DNA from: Octopus vulgaris
Taxonomy: Eukaryota
Assembly: GCA_951406725.2 (NCBI GenBank)
Contig: OX597817.1
Location: 145,142,001 to 145,206,000 of the forward strand
Direction of reading: 5' to 3'
Length of the DNA: 64,000 nucleotides
Every line of letters begins with the position of its first letter. Within the stretch, counting starts at the first letter, position 1. Under the pieces are notes generated by a model that saw only the letters and a program-made list of their open reading frames with translations, ran no database searches and was not told the DNA's origin. Made by a program: the position numbers and the translations under genes. Below, one piece after another: positions 28,656-40,594 of the stretch.

Positions 28656-28906
28656 GAAGGCGCGTGGCTTAGTGGTTAGGGTGTTAGCATCATGATCATA
28701 AGATTGTAGTTTCGGTTCTTGGACCGGGCGACGCGTTGTGCTCTTGAGCAAAACACTTCATTTCACGTTGCTCCAGTCCACTCAGCTGGCAAAAATGAGT
28801 AACGCTGCGATTGACTGGCGTCCCGTCCAGCTGGGGAATATATACGCCATTGAAACCGGGAAACCGGGCCCATGAGCCTGGCTAGGCTTTAAAAGGGTGC
28901 ATTTAT
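28656..28906 (+). mobile_element. tRNA-derived SINE family E, CpG-rich (young-looking) copy
   Basis: A-box TGGCTTAGTGG, CORE-like ttgtgctcttgagcaaaacact, gactggcgtcccgtccag. Related copies at 40320 and 63410, and on the minus strand at 15555 and 32065. Confidence 0.75.
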
Positions 28907-29193
28907 TAATTATTTATAGAAACCACAGAGAAGTTATATCGTTTAGTTGAGGAAGTCAAAATATATACCAGGAGATATTTTCTGTACTTGCCATGTGTGT
29001 GTGTGTGTGTGTTATTAGTCATTGACTAATATCTTTTCCTTCATAAGATATTTATATCTAGTTTAAGATGGTTAATGCTCCTTGCCTTAAATTTGCTAAC
29101 ACCCACTAAACTATTATTTTTCATATGGATGGCGTCTCTGAATTATATAATTAACAAGTAATTCTATAAGAGAAGAAATATTGGTGGAGTTCT

Positions 29194-29330
29194 TTAGTGA
29201 GCAAGAAAACTTAAGTTAGAAGTAATTAGAAGACAAATGGATATGGTTAATGGAATTGTGATGGTGTTTCTGTTGATATTTTTGTTGGTGGGGTGTTTTT
29301 GCATAAAAAGAAACCAAGCAAGATTGAATG
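29194..29330 (-). pseudogene. Possible decayed Penelope-like element RT fragment
   Basis: The minus strand reads ...WF...TN..INRNTITI, reminiscent of the PLE WFNPPF...TN / KIFNRNTVKISY region. Heavily eroded. Confidence 0.3.
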
Positions 29331-30254
29331 TGTTTTTGTTTAAAATGGAAAGAGAAATTAAGGTCAGGGAGATGTTGAAATGCTTGAGTTGTGATATACG
29401 AGAAATTTGAATCAATTAATGATAATAATAGAAGAAAACTTTGCTTAGGACTGTAAAAATTGTGACTCGGTAAATTAGTAATTAAGACATGAGGGAATGA
29501 AATTATAAAGTATACCTGCTGAAATCATACCACAGCAGTAGAGAAATGGGAAAATGAAAAACAGATGGAAATATATCAGAAGCAATAGGACCAAATTTCA
29601 ATATGTATATAACATTAATTTAGTCTCTTGGGGCATTAGTATTAATTCTTTGTAGCATTGATACAGGCTACACCATCATCATCATCAATATTACTGTTAT
29701 TTCTAGGGCAGCCAAATGTAGGATAAAATGTTAACATATCTTAATAAATACTTTACAATGTTCATTGCCCTTTTACTGTCTAAGGTTAACTTTGACGGTC
29801 CAATTCTGTCCTTTTGTCCATTTAGTATCTGTCAAATAAACAGCTGTCATATACTAGGGTAAATTCAGTCAACCACATTCTTTCCCTTTCACATATTGGT
29901 CTTAACCCTTTTATCTCACTGTGACTCTCCCTGCCTCCACCTCTTTCGTAATTTATCAAAGTAATGCCCCATCACCACTCACCTTATTGCTCCCTGTGAC
30001 AAGAAAAGAAATACTTATTCAGAGAATTGGCTTTTAAGAAGGTGGATTGACAGAATCATTAGTTTTAGATAAATACCTTGTGGTATTTGTTCTGGCTCTT
30101 TATATTGTGTTCAAATCCCCTACAATATCAACTTTGTCTTTCATCCTTTCAAGGTGAATATGATAAAATGCTGGTTAAATACTGAGTTTGATGCCACTAG
30201 TTAACCCCCTTGCCCCTCAAATTGGCTGGCCCTGTACCTCCATTACAAATTATC

Positions 30255-30812
30255 GTTATTATTATTGAGTGAGAGAGCAGTGCATGCCACCAAAGTGACA
30301 CTTGGGTAAAATATACGAAGCCCAGCATACCCATCATCACTACACAGTTGATAAGGCGGTGAGCTGGCAGAAGTGTTAGCGCACCGGGCGAAATGCTTAG
30401 CGAGTTCGACTTTGCCTTTCATCCTTTCGGGATCGATAAATAAAGTATCAGTTTTGCACTGGGGTCGATGTAATCGACTTAATCCGTTTGTCTGTCCCCT
30501 CTATGTTTAGCCCCTTGTGGGTAGTAAAGAAATATACACATTTGATAAGGGTACACCAGGCATATGCATCACAACTGTATGTGCACGATATGGTGATCTC
30601 ATATCAAGATAAATAGTGCACGCCCTTGCAGTGGGGCCCAGTTAGAATTATCTTTAGGTTGAGTAGCCCATCCCGATCAAAAAGTCCTTGAATAAGGCTT
30701 GTTTAAGGATGTTGAACGAACCACCCATGTTACAAGAGGTGAGTTATTTAAACCCTAAAGAATTCCTAACACATGGCTATGATGCTCTCCTACTACTTCT
30801 GCTCATGATCAT
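30255..30812 (-). mobile_element. Non-LTR retroposon 3' fragment with (TAA)n tail, interrupted by SINE B
   Basis: The minus strand ends ...gcactgctctctcactcaataataat. The sequence is continuous across the SINE B insertion via its TSD. Family not assigned. Confidence 0.5.
30353..30534 (+). mobile_element. SINE family B (ccccttgtgggtagtaaagaaata-tail variant) with TSD
   Basis: Flanked by tacacagttgat (30341-30352) and tacacatttgat (30535-30546). Confidence 0.85.
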
Positions 30813-31189
30813 CTGTAATGGTCCACAATTGACAAGATGAACTGCCACAAATCACACTATCCCAAAGTGTGTATACATGTGACTGGAACCACATGTGAAC
30901 TTGTATTTCCACTGAAACTTCGAAAATATCAGAGCCACCTCAATCCATTCTGTATGAATGCCATGACAAGTGCATTATATTGTAACAATTTTTTTTTAAT
31001 GCAATTCCTAATAATATTTAATTCTAAAAGTGTATTATGGCTGAAGCAGGAAGACCAAAAATGACTTGAAAGTCATAACATGCCGGCGGGAAATAACATC
31101 ACTAGGTGAGACAAGCTGACACTGAATCAGCGTCGCTGACTGACAGGTGACGGTCGTTTAGAGAATGCGTGGGCTAAGACTACGCGCCT

Positions 31190-31300
31190 TCATTGGTCAG
31201 TTAAATTTGAGACAGTGTCATGTGACAACTTGCTGGGGCTGCCTGCTGGAGCCTAGCGGCAGGTATTTAAAGGGAAAAAATTTGACAAGTTAGTCAGTCG
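31190..31300 (+). promoter_or_regulatory. Pol II core-promoter-like arrangement (inverted CCAAT, TATA-like, Inr)
   Basis: ATTGG at 31192, TATTTAAA at 31264-31271, TCAGTC at 31294-31299 (about 32 nt spacing), in a locally GC/CpG-rich block. Confidence 0.4.
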
Positions 31301-32283
31301 CCCGCTGACACACGTTGACACTACATCTAAGAGGTCAGGGAACAGAAGAAAGAAGACATGCAACCCAACACCAGAGCTGAAGACACCTCCGAAAGGGCCC
31401 CCCCCCCCCGCCACGTCAAAACGGTAGAGGAGTAGGGGTCAAAACCGGACATGGTTCCTCCTGATGATGTCTTGAGCTAACTGGATCCTATAAAGGAGCT
31501 GTTGTGGTAGCAGACCACGAAACACGGTTGTAATTCCTCCTTTTAAACATCAAATAGCCTTGAGAGTACAGTAGAGTGAAATAGGGATCAATGTGTCCTT
31601 AGGGGACAAAAATGGTTAAGAATCACTGGAGCAAAGGGTTTCACATATCATTTCTATTCGTAAACATCTGGTGATATAGTTTCATTATTTTGAAAGTAGA
31701 GTTTGAGAGGAAATTCCTACAGAAAATATTTAATTCCCAATGTAAATTTAAGGCTGTTTTTTTTTAATCCTTGGAAGGGAACACTGTAAAATTCATTCTT
31801 TCACATATTCTCAATTATTATTTTAATTTAGGGAAATTCTGTTTATATATACGTTTTTCTTTTATGTTTTTTTTTTACTACTTTTATGATAATGGCTTGC
31901 TAATGACACCTAAAGAGCCAGCTGTCACCCAATGTAGTTGTGAGCAGAGATAGACATGCCCTTGTCTCAGTGACATCCAAGATGAGAGAGAGAGAGAGAA
32001 AAACAGACAAACAGAAACAAAGAAAGTGAGCTGCATCAGCACTTGGCTGCTTTTCTCTTCAGGCTAGATAGAATGGAGCAATGTGAAGTGAAGTGCCTTG
32101 CTCCAAAACACAACATGCTATCTGGTTCAAGATTTGAACCCATGACTTTATGATAACCTGCTGAACACTTGAACCACTTAGCTACATGCCTTCACCTAAT
32201 GATGTCACAGTAAATTGCCAATTAGATCGTCTGCAGACTGACATCAAATCAATATTACACTTACTTAATACATACACACACAT

Positions 32284-32342
<59 letters not shown>

Positions 32343-32354
32343 CTAGGGTCACAG

Positions 32355-32756
32355 ATTGGCTTTTGTACTGGTGGCACGTAAAAAGCACCATTCGAGTGTG
32401 ATCATTGCCAGCGTTGCCTTACCGGCACATGTGCTGGTGGCACATGGAAAACAACATTTGAGCGTGGTTGTTGCCAGTGCCGCTAGACTGGCTCCTGTGC
32501 AGGTAGCATGTAAAAAACACCTTTTGAGCGTGGTCGTTGCCAGGACTGCACTGACTGGCACTTGTGCTGGTGGCATGTAAAAGCACCCAGTACACTCTGA
32601 GTGGCTGGTGTTAAGAAGGGCATCTAGCTGTAGAAACTTTGCCAGATCAGATTGAGCCTGATGCAGCCTTCTGGCTCATCAGTCCTCAGTCAAATCGTCC
32701 AACCCATGCCAGCATGGAAAGCAGACATTAAACGACAATAATGATGATGATGATGA

Positions 32757-32760
<4 letters not shown>
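32355..32760 (+). mobile_element. Retroposon family F with 3.5 tandem 5' units
   Basis: Units at about 32365, 32431, 32497 and 32564, then aagggcatctagctgtagaaac...gacattaaacgac(gat)n. Confidence 0.8.
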
Positions 32761-32806
<46 letters not shown>

Positions 32807-33689
32807 CAATCAGTCTCTGGTTAGTTTTTGAACTATTTAAAAGGTTGTGTACAAAATCTGGAAATTTAAAGGAAAAGAAAAACAGGAAAATTTGCACTGG
32901 ATAATGATTGTCAATCCTTTCAAATATTTCAGACATTTATGTACGTAGACCAACATTTTAGTCATAAAAGCTCATCTCGTTACCAGGTTATAATATTAGT
33001 AATTTGTTCCGGTTTATTTGAGATTGTTAATGAACTTTTCATCAATTCACACACTCCTACATTATGCTTGCTGGCCAGCTGGATGGCATGCGTGTCAGCT
33101 TTCCATTGGAAGTGAAGTCTATTTCTGTTTCACTTTCATCAATGTTCAGCCATTCACACAAATGGCTTCATTAACAGTGCATATCATTAACATAATAATG
33201 AGGAACATTGCTGGTAATTATTCTTTCTGCGAGGATCAATCATGTCGGTTATGGAGTGGATAATGATGCAGGCTTTATCGCAAGATAACAGTTCTGGTAA
33301 TGTAGTTTTTTTATATATTTTTCTACAAAATTCTGTGCAAGTCATGGTGTTTTTTTTTTTGAAACTTTGAGGAATACTTTGAAGGGAATATCTAGATTTG
33401 TTAGTAATTATCAGGGGACACTTTATTAATTACATTAATTATTATTATCCCTAATGTTACCCATTTACCTCACTACATATTCTGTTTTTTCTTTAGTATG
33501 GTCAGATCTTGATGCTTACACATGCACATATAAATGTACATATGCATATACATACATTCATGTCTTTACACACACACACATATTTATATATACATATGCA
33601 CATATATATATCCATATACATACATTCATGCTTTTACACTCACACACACACATTTATACACACGTACACACTTGTACAAATTTGTTTTA

Positions 33690-33803
33690 TATCATCATCA
33701 TCGTTTAACATCCGCTTTCCATGCTAGCATGGGTTGGACGTGTGACTGAGGGCTGGTGAACCAGATGGCTGCACCAGGCTTAAATCTTGATCTGGCAGAG
33801 TTT
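33690..33803 (-). mobile_element. Family F 3' fragment
   Basis: catcatcgtttaacatccgctttccatgctagcatggg...tctggcagagttt. Confidence 0.75.
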
Positions 33804-34084
33804 ATATATATATGTGTATATAAAACATACTTGTTTGTTTAAAAAATTAAAATATAGTTTATAGTATCAAACTATGAGAAAGTGATATAGGGGCCTGATG
33901 ATTGGGGTTATATTTTATGAATGGTTCCAGCAAAATACGGCGTGATTAAGGAACTGGGAAATGTACCTCATGAAACACATGTAACCAAGTTATAAAGTAG
34001 TAAGTATTTAAATTAAATTTGTTTTACATGGTGAGATGAAGGGGCCTACTCTCTCTAAATGAAAATATATATATATATATATAT

Positions 34085-34086
<2 letters not shown>

Positions 34087-34134
<48 letters not shown>
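34087..34134. repeat. (GATA)n microsatellite
   Basis: Seen directly in the sequence. Confidence 0.95.
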
Positions 34135-34135
<1 letters not shown>

Positions 34136-34595
34136 TGTGTGTATATCACCAATTTAATGTCCACTTTTCCATGCTGGCATGGGTTGGATGGAATTTGTTG
34201 AGGCAAATTTCCAGCTGCCAGATATCTTTCCTGACACCAATTCTCACCTGTTTGTTTACAAGTAGAACAATATTCCCCTTGACTAAACATTTCCACAGAA
34301 AACTGAAAACAAAGGATTCCACTTGCATGTGAGTGACATTTGTTTATAAATATCACGTGATTAACAAAGCAAGGAGACAGTAACACACACACACACGCTT
34401 CACCAAATAGTTTATTCAATTCGTCTGATAGAATAAGCTGTAAGTTGAAACTTGTTCCAGTCAACTTCAGAAGTGAATTTAACTCTACTGAAACTCTACT
34501 CTCAGCAGTGAATTACTCCATCAATAAATACACTTTACTATTCTTGAACTAACTTCAAATTAATAACCTCAATTAATCTCTCACGCACACATACA

Positions 34596-34980
34596 TAACT
34601 TTGGTAACTTTGAAAGGTTTCAGCCAGTATAGGCCCAGGCCGTGTCTAACTCAATAGCACTGCTTGGTGAAGTCTTTTAGTCATATATGGGGCACCATGG
34701 CCCACTCTAGCAAAGAGTTATTATTGTTGGAGACATATCAGGGTGTAGGAGGCTGGTCTGAGATTTTTTGGAGAAATTTGTCCAGTGAATTTTATGGGAT
34801 CCGTTTCCGTTTTGACGTATTTTGGAGTGGTATTAAAGATAGCCGGCCCGGTTGATGTAAAGGAATTGTGACGTAATGTTGCTATGTCTACCGAGTTCGA
34901 TATTTGTAGTGGGGGATATAGCACGGGGGCCAAGTCTTGGATGGATTTCAAAATTAATGCCAACATCATTTGTGCAATAT
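34596..34980 (-). mobile_element. Older CR1-group LINE 3' fragment (same family as 17.8-18.3 kb)
   Basis: Peptide LRHNSFTSTGPAIFNTTPKYVKTETDPIKF, frameshifted; the 3' UTR is colinear with the 17.8-kb copy. Confidence 0.8.
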
Positions 34981-35702
34981 TAACCCATTCAGTCATACAA
35001 AGATGAGAGGTAGTTTCCTTAAACGTTAGTTCAACTTATGTTTTAAGCTGAAATAAAGATTCCAAGCTAATGCACTAATGCAATTACACCAGGGTAGATA
35101 AAATATTTTTAAAAAAGTAGTCATAGGCCAATGTAGTCTATGGAGAACTGATATGAATAGCTACAGCTTCTCTAAGATAAATCTAATTTAAATGATTGTT
35201 ATAACTTGTAAAGACAGGGATTAATCAAACTTTTGGATTGGACACTTCTACACTTTCAATAATGCTTTGACAAAAACTGACTGGCCACAACAATCAAATC
35301 AAATCCGTCTGGGAAGAGAAGTTACAAGCATTCCCATATATATGACACATTACTACACACATGCATGAATGAAATGATAGAAATACATAAATACACATTT
35401 TATAGTATCTTGCTGTTTTTCGGGGATTACTGCCAACTATAAATACTTTTGATGATACATCAGTTCTAATATAGTCAAATGTTAGTGATATTTCTGTGTG
35501 AAATCATCTTGTAAAAACCTGTAATCTTCAAACCTGAAATTATTTGGCAATTTACTCACAGGTACACTGTCATTAGAACATGCGAATCATTAATTGAGAA
35601 TTGTTCTAATTAGGTGTTTCTGAACTTCATGGTTTATCTAACCATAGAGTAATGGCTTCTAAACTACAGTTTTAAAATTTCTTTTTCATTGTCTTAATTT
35701 CA

Positions 35703-36082
35703 TGAGCTGGCAGAAACATTAGCACGCCAGGCAAAATGCTTAGTGGTATTTCGTCTGTCTTTATGTTCCGAGCTCAAATTCCGCTGAGATCGACTTTGCC
35801 TTTCATCCTTTCGGGGTCGATAAATTAAGTACCAGTTACGCACTGGGGTTGATGTAATCGACTTAATCCGTTTGTCTGTCCTTGTTTGTCCCCTCTGTGT
35901 TTAGCCCCTTGTGGGTAGTAAAGAAATAGGTATTTCGTCTGAGTTCAAATTTCGCGCTGGTCAGCTTTTCCTTTCATCCTTTTGGGGTCGATAAATTACG
36001 TACCATTTGCATATTGGGGTCGATCTAATCGACTGGCCCCCTCCCCCAAAATTTCAGGCCTTGTGCCTAGAGTAAAAAAGAA
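35703..36082 (+). mobile_element. SINE family B dimer (both tail variants)
   Basis: The first unit ends ccccttgtgggtagtaaagaaata; the second, headless unit ends ggccttgtgcctagagtaaaaaagaa. Confidence 0.85.
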
Positions 36083-36142
36083 CATTTAATATTTCACTGA
36101 AATAATTTCAGTTTTTCATATTTTAGGGAAATACCTTCTTCA

Positions 36143-36552
36143 TAGGCTGTGTAGGTAAGAAGCTTGCTTCCCAACCATGTGATCTCAGGTTCAGTCCCAT
36201 TGCATCACACTTTGGGCAAGTGTCTTCTACTTTAGCCCTCAACTGACCAAATCCTTACGAGTGGGTTTGATGGGCAAAAACTGAAAGAAGCTCATCGAAT
36301 GTGTGTGTGTGTGTTCCCACGCACATTTCTCTACTCTTGTCTTGACATCTTGCACCAATTGTAAATGATCATCACAGTTATACAAGCGCTGCCGTTCATT
36401 TCCAGTCTTCCTTCAGGAAATATTTCTCTGCTAGGAAAACAGATAAGAATTGGTAATGAGAAGGGCATCCAGCCATGGAAAATCTGCCTTCACATTTTCT
36501 GTCTGACTCATGCAAGCATGAAAAAAGTAGATGTCAAAACAATGAAGGTCAT
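36143..36552 (+). mobile_element. Chimeric SINE: family A head with a family F-like 3' end
   Basis: ggctgtgtaggtaagaagc...aaactgaaagaagc, a different body, then agaagggcatccagcc...gcaagcatg...gatgtcaaaac. Confidence 0.6.
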
Positions 36553-37324
36553 CATCATTATCATCATCGTTTAACGTCCACTTTTCATGCTAGCATGGGT
36601 TGAACGATTTGACTGAGGTCTGGCAAACTAGATGGCTGCACCAGGCTCCAATCTTGATCTGGCAGAGTTTCTACAGCTGGACGCCCTTCCAAACGCCAGG
36701 TTGCCTTTCTTAACACCAATTATGATAATAACAATTACTACTACTACTACTACTGCTGCTGCTGCCATCGCCGCTGCCAACACCACCACTACTACTATTT
36801 GTTCATGACATTTCATTTGAAAAATTCTAGATTTTGATCCTTCTGTGTTAAGAAGAGTTATATTCTTAGCCACCTGAGTTAATAACCCAGTTTTAATTCT
36901 TGGTTTAGCTATTTAATGTTTCTGGTGTTGTTGAGGAATTCGGAAGAGGTATTAACATTAAAACTTTCCATTTTATTTACACATTTATTTTTCCTAAAAT
37001 TTTCGTTGCGTCTTGCCACCTTTTCAATAGTCTTTGACTCTGGCCATTATCCAAGCTACCTTCTTTTTGTTTGTTTGTGCACATGTGTGTGGGTCAGAGT
37101 ATGTACACATACACATGTATGAATGTATGTTTGTATCCATGCATAAAATTAAGTGTGTGTATAATTCTCTGTAAATTACAAGCATTTGGTTTTTATAGAT
37201 AATGAATTCTGCAACAGGCCGATCTTAGTGTTTTTGTTTATTTGTTCTCGATGGCTTGGTCTAGCGGTAGGGACTGTATCAACATAGTCTGACAGGACCA
37301 GCTATATGAACTACATGTTGCCTC

Positions 37325-37550
37325 TTAACCCTTTCGTTACCAACCCGGCTGAAACCAGCTCTGGCTCTGAATACTAATGTCTTGTTTTCATAAGTTCTGA
37401 ATTAAAATCTTCCACCAAGCCTTAGTCACAATTTATGTTCCTAACACTAGCTTATTGATAACTGTTATTTTAATTAATTCTTTGTTATATTTAAAGTAAT
37501 TGAAAGAAAGACAGAGCTTCTCAAAATAAATATAGTAACGAAAGGGTTAA
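37325..37550. mobile_element. piggyBac-type MITE, family C
   Basis: Perfect TTAA-CCCTTTCGTTAC / GTAACGAAAGGG-TTAA ends. Confidence 0.9.
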
Positions 37551-37727
37551 ATGTTTTGCAAGCTGACAACTGCAGGGAAGACATATTGCAGACAGAGGCA
37601 ATAAGTACCAGACTTTACTTGAAAAAATAAGTGCTGGTGTTTATTTGTTTGGTTAAACCTTTCAAGGTGGTGCTCCAGTATGGCTGCAAGTCCAATGATT
37701 AAAACAAAGAAAAGATAAAAATACTCT

Positions 37728-38030
37728 ATAGTGAGGACCATGTACTGCAATAGCTTGGGATTCAAGGGCCCACAGCTATTTAACTCCTTGCCAAAATATA
37801 TGAGGGATCTCCATGGAGAGGGGGTAGATGTTTTCAAGAAACAACTTGACCTCTTGCTGTCCAAGATCTCAAATGAACCAATATCAAGGAGGAAACTCAG
37901 AAGAGGGTAGCAGTGCCAAACTCCTTCACCAAAAGCCAATCATATAGAATTGGCCAATTAAAAGGTGATTATACTGACAAGTGCCCCAGCATGGCCACAG
38001 CCTTAGGGCTGAAACACATAACAGAATAAC
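37728..38030 (+). mobile_element. Second CR1-group LINE family, 3' end
   Basis: The frame from 37728 reads IVRTMYCNSLGFKGPQLFNSLPKYMRDLHGEGVDVFKKQLDLLLSKISNEP, homologous to the 17.9-kb peptide. Tail gtgccccagcatggccacagccttagggctgaaac. Confidence 0.75.
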
Positions 38031-38849
38031 ACACACCAACTTTAGTCCTTCTAGTGCTCTGTAATAATAAAGATATATAAATTTAAAATGACACCAGGAA
38101 TATTAAAAAGTGAAGCTCTTAACAAGAGAAGCGAGAAGTGATTGTAGTTATGCAATCATTTTCACATTAATGGAATGGGGTTTTTTTTCCCTCCAATGTC
38201 TACACATCAATTTTAAGGACCAAATTTGATCATTTGATTGAATAATTTCAGTTTCTTTCATTGGTTAAATCAATTAAAATTAAATTTTCTCTTCTCATTG
38301 ACACTAGAACATACAGCTTTCAAGGAATTTTTTAATTTGTAAAAAAAAAATTTTCTTTTTTTTTTTCCCAACTCTATTCATTTCTGTGTAATTTAGAATC
38401 AATTCTGGTATCTCGTCCTTTTATTGTCATCAATAAAAGAAAATGTTAGTAATTTGCTAAGATTGATCCAATCAGAAACATTATTCTTCCCCAAAATAAC
38501 ATTTTGCATTCCCCATTCCTTTTGTTGTTTTATGTTTTTTCTTTCGTTTTCCCAAATAATTTTGCATCCATTTTTCATGCCAACATATTTCGGATGTTTT
38601 TATTTTTTTTCTAAAATTTGAACAGTTTGTATTTTGTATGAATTATAGCACTTTCGGCTTATCTTCCGATGTCTTTCCTCTAGCTGTACTAGGACTACTT
38701 GTCCATGCTCAGGTCTCTGCTACTCTGCTTGTTTTACAGTTAGATTAACTTCAGAAGATAAAACAATATCTTAGAATTATGCAGATTAGCATACCCGAAT
38801 CCCACCTTCACCACTCTTTCTCTGCCATCTCCATAGATTCCATCTCCAT

Positions 38850-39378
38850 AGATTCTGAGTTCAAATCCTGCCAAAGTCAGTTTTGTCTTTCATCTTTTCT
38901 GGAGTGTGTGTGTGTAGTGGTGGTGGTGGTGAATAAAATAAAGTTACAGTCAAGTACTGGGGTTAACAGGATCATCTAATCACCTTCCCCTCAAAAATTG
39001 CTATCCTTGTGCCTAAATCAGAAAATATTTGTTCATCTTTATGTTCTGTGTTCAAATTCCACCAAGGTCGACTTTGCCTTTCATCCTTTTGGGGTCAATA
39101 AATTAAGTACCAGTGAAACACTGGGGTTGTGCCTCAAGTAGAAAGGATTATTATTATTGTAAGGTGGCTAGCTAGGATTGCTAGCATATCAGGCATAGTG
39201 CTTTGCAGCATTTTGCCTGTCTTGATGCTTTGAGTTCAAATACCGCCAAGGTCAACTTTGCCTTTCATCCTTTTGGGGTCAATGAAATATGTACCTGTTA
39301 AGCACTGGGATCACTGTAATTGACTAGTTCCCTCCCCCCAAATTTCAGGCCTTGTGCCTTTGGTAGAAAGGATTATTA
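38850..39378 (+). mobile_element. Cluster of three SINE family B copies
   Basis: Repeated gttcaaat...gtc(a/g)actttgcctttcatcc...agaaaggattatt. Confidence 0.75.
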
Positions 39379-39960
39379 TCATGTGGGAATTTCCTTCATA
39401 AATTAGATGTTTAATTAATTATAGACCATACTTTAATTTTAGAAAGAGTTGGAAACAACTGAAATTTTGTGCCAATTTTCTCTAGATTATTTATGTATTC
39501 TAATGTTAACCTAAATTCATGGTCTCCAAGAACAAAATCCTCTAAGACTTTGTATATAAGATCATTCCTTGCCATTTCCACTAAAAGAAAAGAAAATGAT
39601 ATGCGTGTATGATATTGCATAACCTAAAAATATGAAGAGCTCACAAACATTTGATGCACAAAAAGTATTATATTTAGGTTTAGAAGTAGAGTGCCTTGTA
39701 AGTGTAGCTGAATAGTTAAGGGCTTTGCTTCACGACCATGAAGTCTTGGGTTCAATACCACCACTTGGCATTTTAGGCAAGTATTTTTATTATAACTTTG
39801 GGCAAATCCAAACTTTGTGAAATTGGGTAGAGAGAAACTATAAAAGCTCATCAGATGTGTGTGTGTGTGTGTGTTTATACCCTTGCCTTGACATTATGTG
39901 TAAAGCCAATTTTGTATGTTTCTGGTCTTGCTTGAGAAAATGTCTGCCCATGGGGAAATA

Positions 39961-40189
39961 TTAACCCTTTCGTTACCAACCCGGTTGAAACCGGCTCTGG
40001 CTCTGTAGTACAAATGTCTTGTTTTCATAAGTTTTGAATTAGAATCTTCCACCAAACCTTAGTCGCAATTTATGTTCCTAACACTAGCTTAATGATAACT
40101 AAGTTATTTTACTAAATTCTTTGTTATATTTAAAATAATTGAGAGAAACACGAAGCATCTCAAAATAAATGCAGTAACGAAAGGGTTAA
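39961..40189. mobile_element. piggyBac-type MITE, family C
   Basis: Perfect TTAA-CCCTTTCGTTAC / GTAACGAAAGGG-TTAA ends. Confidence 0.9.
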
Positions 40190-40594
40190 TGAATTCATAA
40201 AGGTGACCAGCAGAAGTTGGTGTTGTTATTGTTGAAAAGATGGTGAATAACTTTGTAGGTTTCTACTAAGTCAGTGGCTAAATATTGAAACTTTAGTAAC
40301 AACCTACTCAAATAAGCTTCTGGCCTTGTGGTTAGGGTGTTGCATTCAGAAACAAAAGATTGTGGTTTCAATTCCCAGACCAAGCAGTGCATTGAGTTCT
40401 TGATCAAAACACTTCATTTCACATTGTTTCAGTTTTACTTAGTTGTAAAATGAGTCACCATGTGACGGACCGGTATCCCATTCAGAGGGAGTGTTGTGAT
40501 CTTTGTCACTTACATGACATGTAAACCATGCTGACCAGCCCTGAGTCCTTGGAATCAGGACACGAAAGATCTTATTCAAACATGATTAGCTTTT

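Noticed and set aside
28660-28735. tRNA genes at SINE heads
   Set aside because: A/B boxes are present, but I could not draw a complete cloverleaf, and each head continues into a repeated SINE body.
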